DNA of 64,000 bases from Callorhinchus milii (GCF_018977255.1 NW_024704742.1:50160001-50224000), one strand, 5' to 3'; positions 26,052 to 38,933 are shown, numbered from the stretch's first letter. Made by a program: numbers and translations. The notes: generated by a model not told the origin, from the sequence alone.

Positions 26052-26940
26052 AGGGTACTAAGGAGATTATCCCAGAGATGATTTACTGGACCTGTGAGCA
26101 CAGACCAAACAAACTGGGCCCATTTTCATTGGAGCAGAGAAAATTGTGATGAGATCTGTTAGAGCTTTTAAAATAAGGAGCGGTTTTGATAGAATGAATA
26201 GGGACACATTATTCCCCTTGGTCAGTGAGGAGTCATTGACTGGATGGCAGCAATTTAAATTAATTGAGAAGGGTGCAAAGGAGGATGATTAAGCAGATTT
26301 TGTTTTACACAGAGTTATTAGAATATATAATAATAATGATTCTTGCATTTAGTATTGCACCTTTCACATTGGGAGGATGTCCTATAGCTCTTCACAGATT
26401 TAACTGTGAAGTGAAGTGACTGTGTCTTTGTAGGGGAATTCACCAGCCAATTTGGCACAGCAATGTCCCACAAACAGCCGTGAAATGAATGACCAGTTTT
26501 ATTTGGGGGATTGTTGGCCAGGACACTGGGAGAAACTCAATTCTCTCTTCGAATAGTGCCACGGGACCTTTAACATCCATCTGAATAGGCAGACAGCATC
26601 TCGGTTTTAATGTCTCATCTGAAGGACGTCACCTCCGACAATGCACATCCTCAGCACTGCATTGGAGGGTCATCTTAGACTATCTGAGTTCATGTCCCAA
26701 CATACAATTTGAAGCCAGAAACCTTCTGACTCAAAGGAGAGAATTACCACTGAGCCAGGCTGACACATGAATATCCTGCTGTATGCAATATTGAGGCAGC
26801 ATCTATATTAATTTTAAGAGTTGACTCAATACGTATCTAAAAAGGAGTAATTTGCAGGGGTTTGGGGAAAAAGCAGGTAAATTAGATTGAATGGATAGCT
26901 CTGTCAAAAGAATGGATAGCTCTGTGCTACAAAGTTCTAT
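26052..26940 (+). mobile_element. CR1 3' fragment interrupted by a Deu-SINE
   Basis: LGPFSLEQRKL..DL..FKI motif and ttttacacagagtt; the CR1 3' UTR resumes after 26770. Confidence 0.7.
26328..26766 (-). mobile_element. Deu-core SINE, full length
   Basis: Reverse complement runs from GTGTCAGCCTGGCTCAGTGG through the core to an (ATT)n tail. Confidence 0.85.
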
Positions 26941-27117
26941 GGGTCCAGCTAACATACTGGACATTAACCCATGTAATTCAACAACAGGTCTTATCGATTA
27001 GAATTATGTTCATCCTTTTCTTCATGGCTTCCATTTATCGAGTAGACATTTGCATTTTGTTCAGAATATCATGTGAGTTTCCAAATTAAAAAGAGAAAAC
27101 ACTTGATAATCACTGAC

Positions 27118-27233
27118 CTCCTAATCCTGGTCTCAGGCGGTTGTCATAGCCATCCAGGAGTCTGTCGAGAATTCTGGTGAAGATGGTGATATTGTTCTTT
27201 GCTTCATCTTCCAATGAATCAGATTGTCCCAAT
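27118..27233 (-). CDS. gabra2: gabra2 coding exon (116 nt): [38 protein letters not shown]
   Basis: Minus strand reads aaattcag|ATTGGGACAA...GGATTAGGAG|gtcagt. It encodes the N-terminal helix and the GYDNRLRP motif, with an N-I-T sequon. Phase 2-to-1 fits both neighbouring exons. Confidence 0.96.
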
Positions 27234-28939
27234 CTGAATTTAAAATTGTACCAATTAAAAATGCATATTATAATTCAAAATGGCTGAAGTTAACGTATAC
27301 AGGTATGTTATAATAATAATCCTTGCGTGTGATGTAGCCCTTTTCTCGTCAGGAGGATATCTCAATACATTTCACAGGAATTGTTGTAAAGTGTATAACA
27401 ATGTAATTTGTAGGTGAACATGTCAGCTAATTTAAGAACAGCAATACCTTCTAAACAGCTATGTTTCATTGATGATACAAGAAGGTTTTACAATGTTATT
27501 AGACTGCAATGTGTCTCTGTTATTGTTAATTTATTAAAATGATCAGAGGTGACACAGCTAAAGTATTAAAGTATCCATTTGCTCTTAATAAAACCACATA
27601 TCTTAAAATACTCTTACGTCAACAATCCCTCCCAAGAAACACCGTGTGTCAATGTGGATAAAGTATATAATAATTATAATAATAATAATTCTTGCATTTG
27701 ATATAGTGTCTTATCACGTCTTCTAGATGTTTTAAAGCATAATGTTAGAATTAAACATCTGGCAAATATCATACCAAGGTTGGGAGCAGATTATAGAACT
27801 AACAATAATAGTAATCCTTGCATTTGATTTAGCTCCTTAGCATATTGCTGAGAAGTCTCAAAGTACTTCACAGGATATACTGCAAAGTAGTGTTACTGTG
27901 TATTTTATGGGTGAAGTCAAGTGTTTTAATCAGGCTTATAATTCCACCATAAACAAGCTAAATATTCTTCATTATTGTTAGTAGAGACATACTTTGACAC
28001 TAACTATTACACAGTGCCAGTTAAACTGGTTCTATGAACTAAAATTTCTTTTTCCACTGACGGCTATTAAGACACATTAGATAGTAGTAAGTGTATGAAC
28101 CAGCCACAGACAACACATCCCAATGCAATGTAGAACAACCAATTGCCCCACATATAGTACAGAGTCAATTGACAGGTTCTAGGCACATTCCTTATCATAT
28201 GTTGAGCAATTGGTTCTGCATGTTTTCAGCTTGGTGACACAAGGTGATGCAGATGAAACAGTAGCTACTGAAACATTAGTTTTTTTTACTGTAATGATAA
28301 AGACTGGCTCTACAACTACCCCCACCCTCCACTTTCAACAAAATGGTTTGGTCGAAAGCTCAATTTTAAAACATTTCAGCACGTATCAAAGTTACTTTTT
28401 AGCCGTGGCAGTATTTTAGTGCTGATTCACAGGAATCCTATTCAGTTCAGTTGGTATCCTCTTTAACGTCACTCAAAAGGCGATGTGATTGGGAACAGAA
28501 CTGGACCCGTCATCTACAGACTGGGTCGGGGTGGGGGCAGAAGGGGGGCAGGGGCCGCGGGAGGGGAAAAGGCTTGTTTTAAGGTCTGAAAGATGCTGAA
28601 TTGAGCTTTGGGCCAAACCATTGAACCAAAGTCAAGGGGTTGTTTTGAATCATGCCCAGGCTTTAGGACTGCATGAAAAAATGTGATTTCATAAAGGATT
28701 CAGTGTGATAGTCACATTGTTTCTGTTGTGAACCATCACATGTTTCACCCCATCTTTTCACACAACACTCTGTTCTCTGTAACACTAACCCAGAAGCAGA
28801 GTAATGTAAGTTGTGTGTCTTCACAAATATCAGCACAGGAGCTCTAAATTGCAAACTCATATCTGTTATTCAGATGTACTGGTTCTCAGTGACAAGTTGC
28901 ACTTCTTTTTGCTGGTTAAACTCTTAACCCATTGCATAC

Positions 28940-29150
28940 TCTGCAGTCCTCAAGTCTCCTGGCAATCTGTGCCTAATACTTTCCGGGATTAGGTTAGCAA
29001 GGTTGTTAGCAATTGTTCCTCGAGGAAAGAGTGTGTACTCCATTCCAAGTAAAAGGAATTCCTGTGCACATGTGGAAACTCACATGCTTCGTATACTTTT
29101 AAACAATGGTCCAGGGTTTCCACATGTGTGAAACACTTTGGCTGATCATT
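28940..29150 (+). repeat. Family X repeat, diverged 3' part
   Basis: ttccgggattagg..gaaagagtgtgtactccattccaa..ggtttccacatgtgtgaaacactttggctga aligns with the other copies. Confidence 0.6.
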
Positions 29151-30715
29151 TAAATGCCGTGGTCAGACCAAATTTGAACTGGGAGGTCAATCTGGGGTAT
29201 CTTAGCACAAAATCACACTCTGTAGTTCCATAAGATGAGGTACAGAAAATAAGACATTTCTAAGAGCAATGATCTATAAGGAAAAAACAATGATCTTAAT
29301 CGTTATAGTCCAGAATGAAGGCAGTAAAAGGAAGAAGGAAAACTTCATTGAATTATCTAAAATATTACTGGTCCAGATAAAGTGAATCTAGACTAAGTCA
29401 AGAAAGAATGCTTAAAGTATGCTAATGGAAATTAATGAAAAGTACATTTAGAACAGATATCAGGAAAATATTTTTTTAGTCAATCAATGGCAATTGTTTG
29501 GAATAATCTATCAAGCAATGTAGTAAAATTTATTCAAAATTTAATTGGATGCTGTGATATGAGAGAAATGTTTTTTTTCATATCCCTGAGGTTTCTTGCA
29601 CTTGTGTAATATTATAGCGATAAAGCTACTTCTTTTATTTGGATAGTTTTATTGTTTCAATCTTGAGGTCTAAATTGCATGACTAACACAGGAGTTATGA
29701 ACAGCGAATCTCAGACGGGTCAGGACCCATCCTCTGAAGATCCACATGCAATTTGACATTACAGAAGTTAGAACTGAGTTTGGCATCTGAGCAAATTGAA
29801 AATGTAACACCTTTATGGAGCTGCTTTTTGGGTAAAACATCAATAATATTTACATTGGAAGATCTAACACCTGGAATCAATAACAAATTGGCTATTTTTC
29901 ATTTTTTCCAATGAATCCCAGGCTTGAAACATTGATACAGTCACAACCAGGGTTTATGGAAGATGAGGAGTGATACATTTCAATCTGATGCTGTAGGAAA
30001 TCTTTACACAATCAAATGGCTGGGAGCACTTATGACTCCAGAAGCTATATGGTCTGAGATACAATCAGAGTAATTTCAGGGCATCTAGCAAATAGTTTAT
30101 TGAGGGATTAAATGAATGCACATTGAAGCACTTAAGAACTCATATGTTCTTATCCTTTGTGTTCTTGTTGTTTTTCATTCATATTTCCGATTCTGCAGGT
30201 AAACGGAAAGTAAATGTTGAAACGTTTAATGTTGCAAAGTTTTACAAATGCCACAGGATTTTAATTTTTCTATCTGTTGCTGGTGACCACACAGTTTGTA
30301 GGGCTTGTTTTACATCATAATGGTCCAAAAACTCTACCACAGAAAGCCCACAAGCACCATGAACGCTCGGACATGCCATTAACCTTTTAATATTTAGCTC
30401 TAGTAGGTTCTCATTCATGTCACTTGCAGTATTCCTTCAAACTCACTTTAACTTATGCCTGTAAAAAACAAAATGAGCTACTTTGATTCTTTTAATTCTT
30501 CACTAAAAGATCAACCACTAAGGATTCTCACCCTTTCTTAATTACTGCTTTTATGGATTTATATAAAAAAAACTTGCAGTAACTGTTTATGGTGACTCTC
30601 TGTGCTTTTCATACTCTCCTTAAAGTTTTTTATTCTCCCTTTTTACCTCTAATTTTCTTTTGGATTGTCTGATGTATAATCATATTTGGACCCGACATTC
30701 CTTTACACAATATTC

Positions 30716-32098
30716 CAACAACAACAAGATTGTATTTGTATAGTGCCTTTCACGTCGGGAGGATATCCCAAGGCGCTGGACAGTGTAAACATTTCAGACC
30801 AGAACTTGGGTCAGGGTGGGAGAAGGGAAGGGAGGGGAAGGGGTGCAGCCAAAGGTATGGTCGAAGAGGAGGGTGTTGAGGCGGCACTTGAAGGAGGCTA
30901 AGGAGGGGGCGAGACGGAGTGAATGGGGGATGGAATTCCAGAGGTTGGGGGCAGAGTGGCTGAAGGCTCTCCCGCCAATGGTGGAGCGGGTGGGTCGGGG
31001 GATATGGAACAGGTCGGAGCCGGCTGAGTGGAGGGAACGGGCACAATGGTAGGGAGTTAGGAGGTCACAGAGGTAGGGTGGGGCGAGGCCATGAAGGGCT
31101 TTGTAGGTGAGGACCAGGATCTTGAACTGGATCCTCTGAAGGACAGAGAGCCAATGGAGTCAGGCGAGAATAGGGGAGATGGGGTCACGGAGATTGGTGC
31201 AGGAGAGGACACGGGCTGCAGCGTTCTGGATTATCTGCAGCCTGTGGAGGGAGGAGTTGGGAAGGCCGACAAGCAGGGCATTTTCATAGTCGAGCCTGGA
31301 GGTGATGAAGGCATGAACAAGAGCTTCAGCGGCCTGAGGGGTGAAGTAGTGGCTGAGTCGGGTGAAGTTACAGAGGTGAGGGAAGGCAGAGCGGGTCATG
31401 GCTTGGATGTGGGGAAGAAAAGACAGTTGAGGGTCGAACAAGACACCCAGGTTCCTGACTGGCTGGTGAGTTGTAGTGTGCAACCATGGAGGTTGATGTT
31501 GCCAGAGCCTGAGGTGCTGACATGAGCCAGTCAGGAGGGATGCCAGATGTGACAGTGCGGGGGCTGGAGGAGAAACCATGAGAGGCAACAAAGTGGAGAC
31601 AGTGAGAGAGATAGGAATCGAACCAGGCAAGAGCAGGTCCGCGAAGATTAACAACAACAACTTGGATTTAGTAAAGAGGAGAGGCGGTGTATGAGGATGG
31701 AGTGGTCGACAGTGTCGAAGGCAGCAGAGACGTCGAGGAAGACAAGGAGGCAGAGGGAGCCCTGATCACCAATGTTCCGAATGTCATCAGTGACTTTGAC
31801 CAGGGCTGTTTCCATGCTGTAGGTAGTGTGGATTGGAGAGGTTCAAAGAGGGAATGGCGAGAAAAAAGGAGCAGAGCTGGGACGCGACAACTCATTCCAG
31901 GACCTTGGAGAGGAATGGGAGGTTAGAGATGGGGCGGTAGCTGGAGAGGAGGGATGGGTCCGGGGAAGTTTTTTTAGGATGGGGCTGATGACGGCTGTTT
32001 TCAGGGGGGTTGGAACTGACAAGGAGAGGTTGATGACATCGGACAGGAGAGGGGCCAGAAAGTGCAGCTGGGCGATGAGGAGAGAGATGGGGATGGAT
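30716..32098 (-). mobile_element. L2 LINE, about 1.4 kb, with an internal deletion of the YADD region
   Basis: SYRPISNLPFLSKVLE and HAFITSRLDYEN are present. Sequence corresponding to about 4350-4590 of the 3.5-5.1 kb copy is absent near 31540. Confidence 0.92.
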
Positions 32099-32919
32099 AA
32101 AAGCATACAACCTTACAGAACAGTGGCTATTTAGTGTGTTTTGTCTGTTCTGGGTCTTTGAAAGAGCGATGCATTCATTCCCATTTACCCGTACATTCTG
32201 CAGCAACCACTTTTATATTCATCGGGGTAGCATCTCAGAACACTTAACAGTGGTTTGGTTTGATTCACAATTCTCTTGCAAATTACTGATTTTTAGATAT
32301 TTATCTAGTTCCCTTAAATTCATAGTCATAATCATTGTATTTGATATAGCACCTTTCATATCAGGAGAACATCTCAAAGTGCTTCATAGATTTTACAGCT
32401 AATTACACATAATAATATCCCACAAATAGGCATGAAGCGATTGACCAATTTATGTCAATGACTCACCGACCAGGGTAAGTAAGATGTGAATGAACAGGAG
32501 TGAAATATCTGGAGAAGGAAAATGTATCTGTATTTAGTGCTATTGGGATTTCAAATAGGTTTCTTTAAACAAAACATATTAGTACATCACACTGACTCAC
32601 GGGAACTCCATCCGATGTGATCAATTTTGGTAGCAGTGTTTCCTTTCAAATTCACAAGGACCAAAATTCCAATTAGTGAGACCATTCTGTTTTACAATTT
32701 AAAATGTGCTGAATAGTGTAAACATTTTTGAAATCCAGTCTCAATTTGCAAACTGGTTTCAGCAGTTCTTAAATGAAATCAGCTTCCAAATTAATATTTT
32801 AAAACATTTCGTAAAATCCTGCACAATCTTCTATTTTAAGAGAAAATAGTCTTACAGGCTAATGCGAGGTGGAATTATCTGGGACAATAACGTAGTTGAG
32901 GCAGAATCCATATCGCCAT

Positions 32920-33190
32920 TTGAACTATCTTCCTTGAGGGGAGGTAAGTGGGAGCTGAGGTGGCTCCAAGGTGATAGGCTTGGCAACGGATTATCAGAAT
33001 CGAGCACTCCCTCTGTGGAGATCTCAGCAGTCCAATTCCTGAGCCAGTTGTCGCTCACAGTACTACAGTGCCCTGCTGATGACAACCCAATCATCGTCAC
33101 TCAACGGGAGGACTTGGAAGGGCAGACTGGTCACTGGGGGCAGGGACTCTTCCCACTCAGCGTCTTTTAACCCTGCAAGCTAAAGTCTGA
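32920..33190 (+). repeat. Family X repeat, 5' part
   Basis: ggagctga..tggctccaaggtgat..tggcaa.gga.t.tc.gaatcgagc..ccctctgtgg..ctgctgatgaca aligns with 38372-38640. Confidence 0.8.
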
Positions 33191-33320
33191 CAAAGAGGGT
33201 GGCCCTATCTGCACAAGCAGCAGGAAGCTTCCCACACAGTGCTGTTTATTTAGCATCTTTCGTTTAGTTGCATTTACTCCTTTTCCAGATGATAGTCCAG
33301 ATCATTGTTAAAATTCCTAC

Positions 33321-33690
33321 AATAATAATAATCCTTGCATTTGATACAATACCTTATCACGTCTTAGGGTCGTCTCAAAGTACTTCACAGAATATACTTA
33401 GAGTTACTACAGTAAAGTGACTGTATATTTTGTGGACACAATGCAGCAGCCAATTGCGCACAGCAGTGTTCCACAAACAGTCATGGATTGAAGTGACCAA
33501 TTTTACTATTTTTTTTAAAGGAATTATTCCCCCCGGAAAAGCGATCCGCCAATTGACTAACAAACAGGTTCCTATTTACCACGAGGTGTGTCGAGTAAGG
33601 AAAGTTGCCCAACATTTCGCTCTGCCGAGAATCAAACCCAGGTCTCTTGCTTGAGAGGCAAGTGCTCTAACCACTGAGCTACAAGACTCC
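33321..33690 (-). mobile_element. tRNA-derived SINE, full length
   Basis: Complete head (A and B boxes), body and tail. Confidence 0.92.
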
Positions 33691-34199
33691 ACAGTACTAC
33701 AATATTATTATCTTAATCTCCATTATGTAAAATATGAACAAAACATTTGCTAATCTGGCCAACAAAGTACATGGTAAGAAGACAGGGAGAGGCAGAGAAG
33801 GGGAAGGTTATCGTTCGAATAAGAGGCAGAGTTATAGGAGAAGCAACAGCCTAGTGATGTCAGTATTCACTGATGCAGACAGAAAGCATGATAGAGGAAG
33901 GACTCTGAGAGACAAGATAGGTTGAATAACTATAGGGCAACCTCATTATAATGCACCCACCCCAACCCAAATTCCAGGTTATCAGGTTCCTGTTTATTTT
34001 ACTTATTGCGCATTGTGAATGTGCACTGTGTGAAGTAAGTGATGTCAGCGGCTCTTCCTGTGCATAGAATGCAATGTGCAGGAAGTGACAGGTAAATAGT
34101 TTGGGACACAACATGTCAAGCGACTGGCAGGACGGTGGAAGGCGAACTAGATGGACCTTGGTCTTCTTTCACCTAGCAAATTCTTATCTTCTTATGTTC

Positions 34200-34455
34200 A
34201 TAAACAGTCATGAAGTGACTGACCAATTTATCCGGAGGATTCCTGGCCAGGACATTGGAAGAAATTCCCTTCTATTTTCAAATAATGCTTTGAAATCTTT
34301 AACATACACCTAAAGAGGCAAAGACGACACCTTCAACAAAATAGTACTACACTGGAGTCTCGACCTAAACTGTAAATTCGAACGCCCGACGAGGGTCTTG
34401 AACTCAAAATCTTCTATCCAAGAGGGGAGATTGCTACCAACTGAGTCAGGTTGAC
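34200..34455 (-). mobile_element. Deu-core SINE (decayed)
   Basis: tggccaggacattggaagaaa..atctttaacat..ctaccaactgagtcagg matches the Deu-SINE in reverse. Confidence 0.6.
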
Positions 34456-35019
34456 TCCTAAATGGATAAAAACAGCTTCTTTAGACAATTTACGATTTGT
34501 TGGCTTGAACTACAATAAATCCACACCACAATTTACTGCATTGCTCTTTGCTTTCAGTTTGATTGTGAGTTAAAAGTTTCCCATGAGACAACAGAATAAT
34601 TAATCCTGTAGGCATTTTGTTTAGAAAGACAAATGTAAGTTCCCACATAACTGCTGTGAGAGTGATACTCTGAAGTAATTATTGCTAATATAGAATTTCT
34701 CTTTCTGATCAATGTACACCACTGCAGTGCAATAACTACAAAACTGGGTGCCACAATCTGAACAGGAATACCAATAAAAGCATTGCCTTGATAATGCATT
34801 ATTTCTACACATTGTTGACTTCACATTCCACCACGAATAACAATAGTATATCATTTCCCGTCATGGCCAGAGTACGTTATGCTTTGTGATTCACTGTAGT
34901 TTTGTTTGTGTCTGAATTATGTTCAGGCAATTCTCTCTACCATTCGGATTATTTATACCTATCACTGAAGATCTGATGTCTACTAGAACTGGTTGCCAGA
35001 AATAATAGTATTATAAAAA

Positions 35020-35345
35020 CTCTTCACAGAATATACTGTAAAGAGAATTGACTGTATATTTTATGGTGAAATACAGTAGCCAATTGCGCACAGCAGTGTC
35101 CCACAAACTTGAATGGATTGAGCGACCAAATTATTATTATTATTATTCTTTATTTATTTAGATGAGATTATTACCATCAGAAAAGAGATCCACCGATCGA
35201 CTAACAACCAGGTTCCTACTTACTGATAGGTAAACAGATGCATGTGGAGAAGAAAGCTTGCCTAACGTTTCGCCCTGCTCGGGAACTGAACCCGGGTCCT
35301 TTTGCTTGCGAGGCGAGTGCTCTAACCACTAAGCTACAGGACTCC
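35020..35345 (-). mobile_element. tRNA-derived SINE
   Basis: Body and head (...gcgagtgctctaaccactaagctacaggactcc) match the family. Confidence 0.88.
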
Positions 35346-37619
35346 ACTGAAATAGTGGTTGAGGCTAGAATGCTGGACTCATTTAAAAAAAACACACAGC
35401 GTGATACAGTGGAAGGAGGATGGTAAGATTCGTGTTCTGGAAGATTAAGATCATATGAGCCAAAGGAACATAGGAAACTTGTCTTGTCATTTTGTGATCA
35501 CCGAGTAAGAGATATTGTCATTATATGCACCTGATGTGAAGGTAACTGTCTCACAGACTGAACTGTAAGTATCAAAATTAGGAATGATTAAGGAGCAGTT
35601 CTTCCGGAAGCTTAGTCGATCCAGGCAACCGTTTACAGATTACTTTGCACTATTAGAGCCAGGGTACATCCATATATTTTACAGCTTCTACAATCATTCC
35701 AGTTACTGTGATGATAACCACTGTATTCAGCCTCCACTGGAACCTTAGCAGGTGTATCTATTTCCAATATAGACCAACATCCCTACTGCTTTATTCTGAG
35801 TTGCTTTACAATTCATGTTATCTGATGATGGACGTAAGCAGCAAACTTCAAGGAAGCAAAGATCTCCTCAAGTTGCCAGGTTTTCAACAATCCGGGAGTT
35901 ACTGACTGTACCCATGTAATTCGAGCTTCAGCCATCAACGCACTTGCTTTCTACAACAGAAAAAGTTATCATTTGATAAATATACAGAGACAGGAACAGA
36001 ACAATTATGTCCCTAATTGCCTATGTGAGCGAGAAGGGAATAGAGAGCATTTGAGAAGGGATTAGGAGGGATGGAGGCTCAAGTGGAGTATAAACAGAAG
36101 CACTGTGACTACTTTAACCTTCTATATCATTACAGATTGTAAAATAGACAATCTTCACATGATGCATGCACATTAATGGCTGAAGAAGGTGTTGCTTTAT
36201 TTGCTGCTGTGTTACTGGAGCCCTGCATGGATTTGGGGAGATATTGGGTTTCTCATCTGTCTTTACCGCAGCACTTGTCACTGCACAGCAGGAATTCGAT
36301 TCCAAATAGTCAGATACGTAAGCACAAATGCATTAGTTTACACTGGGCATTTCATTTCTTTGGATACAAAGAGCTACTTGCCAAATTAAGTGGTAGAATT
36401 CCCTGTCATAATGAACTCCATCTGCCCAGAAGTTGTAGTGCTGACTCTATAAGCTCCACGATGAGGTGTATCTACCACATTGGCCGACTGTCCAGATGAT
36501 ACTACTGAAGATGCATTTCTCTTAATCTCAGCCTGTATGGATGTAATCCTTGTTCACTGCATAGATCTTTTTCTCCCCACTTCCCTACTAGTATTAGGTA
36601 TCGCTAGTAATATAATCTAATGTCCCCAGATTTCCCAAATAATGAGGAATAGACAGTGGTGTGCAACTGGTCTGATTTCGTAGCCTGATCCATCAATTTC
36701 CACAAAAGATACATCCAATCTAGCTAGATTAATCTTGGTCCAGAATGGACATTATCAAGGCCTTCACAGTCGTAGCCTTGTCCACAACTGGGAAGGCAGC
36801 TACAGAACCTATATCCTCTTCCTTTCCAACCAAATGCCTACTTCCTCTTTCTCAACCATGTAACCCCTCACCTAAATCTACACTGTCCTGAGAATGGTAA
36901 CGTAAAACAGCAGTGGTGGCTGTTGGGATGAGGCAATGGATAAACTACATTTAATAGGGGGAGTGGGAGAAGAGTTATACTGCTGCCTCTGGAATCCTGA
37001 GGCTCTGGAGCCAATACAATCGGAAAAAAGAAAAGCAACTATTGCAAACACACTCTCCTCTTGAAAGTGGTAAATCAAATGGCCTTCTTCTATGCTGCAA
37101 ATTTACATGGTTCTATGGTATTGGAAATACAATTAAGGACTTGACACAAAGCTGAATTAGATATGTATCATTTACCATCTTTGCACATACAGTACACACG
37201 TTCTTACCAATGACATAGCTTAAACTCCAAAAGCCATGTGATGCTCATGGATTTTAGCTGCTTTAACCCTGGAAGATCCCTCCTGTGCTCCTTCATGAGT
37301 ATTATTATGCATTTTCACCTGTGCATTTTGAGAGGTCAGAGAAAGGTATAGATTTGAAGTTCATCACATAATGATTCTTAGCTACTAATATTTCAGGAGT
37401 TTGTTTCATGTAAATTTCAAAACATTTCATTATCTTAAATTTACAGCAGTTATCATTCAAGATCTAATCGATAACGTTCAAAGTATTGAATGGCTAAACT
37501 AAATTATCTTCATTTCAGGACAGAAATATTTAACCACTCAAAAAAGATCACTAACCTTTCTTGAAATCATAAAATTTCTTCTGCATTTCCATCTTCCTGG
37601 TAAAGCATTGTCCATCGCG

Positions 37620-38050
37620 TTCATCTGTAGCTACTTCCAACCTCTTCGTTCTGTGGGCCAATTGTTGCCATTCCATCAAAGGAGACAGGCTTTATGCCTC
37701 TCCATAATAGCCTTGATAATGACCATGAGTCAAGATTTTCGTTTGATCCAAAAATTCATTCCCACAATCTCCCAGTAACATATTAGTCCATTCCTAACAT
37801 TCCACATCCTCGTTATCTTATTCACAACTCTTTCAGGAGTACTGGTCTTGGTCATCTTCCATTAGCTACTGAACATTCGGCAATCTTAGCAAACGGTTAA
37901 TCCACAGGCAGTTCCGAGCTCTTTCCGAAACATATTTCCCCATTTTCTTTGCTTGTCTCATTCCAATTTCTGTAATTATCTCATATTTTACTCCATCTGC
38001 CCATGACAGATCACGATTGAGACTATTAGCAGTTTTGCCAGACAGCAATG
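37620..38050 (-). mobile_element. Possible ancient RTE-clade LINE C-terminal relic
   Basis: LSWADGVKYE..LWINRLLRLP and WQQLA....W resemble the RTE ORF end pattern (W.D.V.N.E / W.GHV.RM / W..LA.DR..W). Confidence 0.4.
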
Positions 38051-38371
38051 TCCTCAGTTGTGTACATCATTTTTTACTTTACTGGGGATATTTTATTTAT
38101 TCAGATCTAAGATGCCCCCAAATCTACAGCAGATTTTACAGAATTTGGGGAGGAAAAAAAATAAACTTTACTGAAATTTTAAAACACCGTTTATTCTAAA
38201 GCACACCAATGCCTTAGATTCAAATAAATATGATAACCTGAGATGAACTGTAGATGAAAAATTAAATGCGTCTCCGTTCATAGAGCTAAGACTTGATTTA
38301 TTTACCATCTTCACATTCTTTCCCCATAAAACATTGATTCAGAGAATGTTCTTCTCACTCCTAAAAGGTAC

Positions 38372-38933
38372 GTGAATATCCTCCTTGGGGTGACAAGATG
38401 GTCTCCTTGGAGCTGAACTGGCTCCAAGGTGATGTGCCTGGCAATGGAATGTCGGAATCGAGCCAACCCTCTGTGGCGTTCTTGATAGTCCAGTTCCAAA
38501 GCCAGGCAGATCTGCAGTATTCCAGGGCACTGCTGATGACAGCACAGCCAGTCTGGCTCATTGGCAGAACCCGGCAGAACCTAGTCACTGGGAGCACGGA
38601 GTCATCCCGCTCAGCTTCTGTTAATCCTGCGTGCCAAAGCCTTAACATCAATGGCAAGCTATGCGGTTTTAGCTGGTTAGACTCCAGCAGTACCCCAACA
38701 CACACTCTGGGGGCCCCAAGCCTTGGCTTTTGCCAACCTGCACCTATACAATCTGGAATTAGGCAAGCAGGATGTGTCCCCTGGGGAGAGAGTGTATATT
38801 CCACTCAAACAATCTACCTCTGGGATTTCCATGTGTAAGTGGGATGCATGGAGTACTCAGCTTGGTTTGGTTACGCTTAAGCATGGTGATGCGTTTCCGC
38901 ATATGTCAGACACCTGGCTGACCAAAAAAAAAT
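38372..38933 (+). repeat. Family X repeat, longest copy (about 560 bp, A-tailed)
   Basis: It overlaps all four other copies in sequence and ends ctggctgaccaaaaaaaaa. Confidence 0.85.

Noticed and set aside
38530..38580. Hammerhead or C/D snoRNA from the conserved CTGATGA in family X
   Set aside because: No GAAA box follows a stem II in any copy, and there is no consistent D box with a terminal stem.
38361..38838. Overlapping 146/147-aa ORFs on both strands as a coding gene
   Set aside because: They lie in repeat family X, the frame is not kept across copies, and I recognise no domain.
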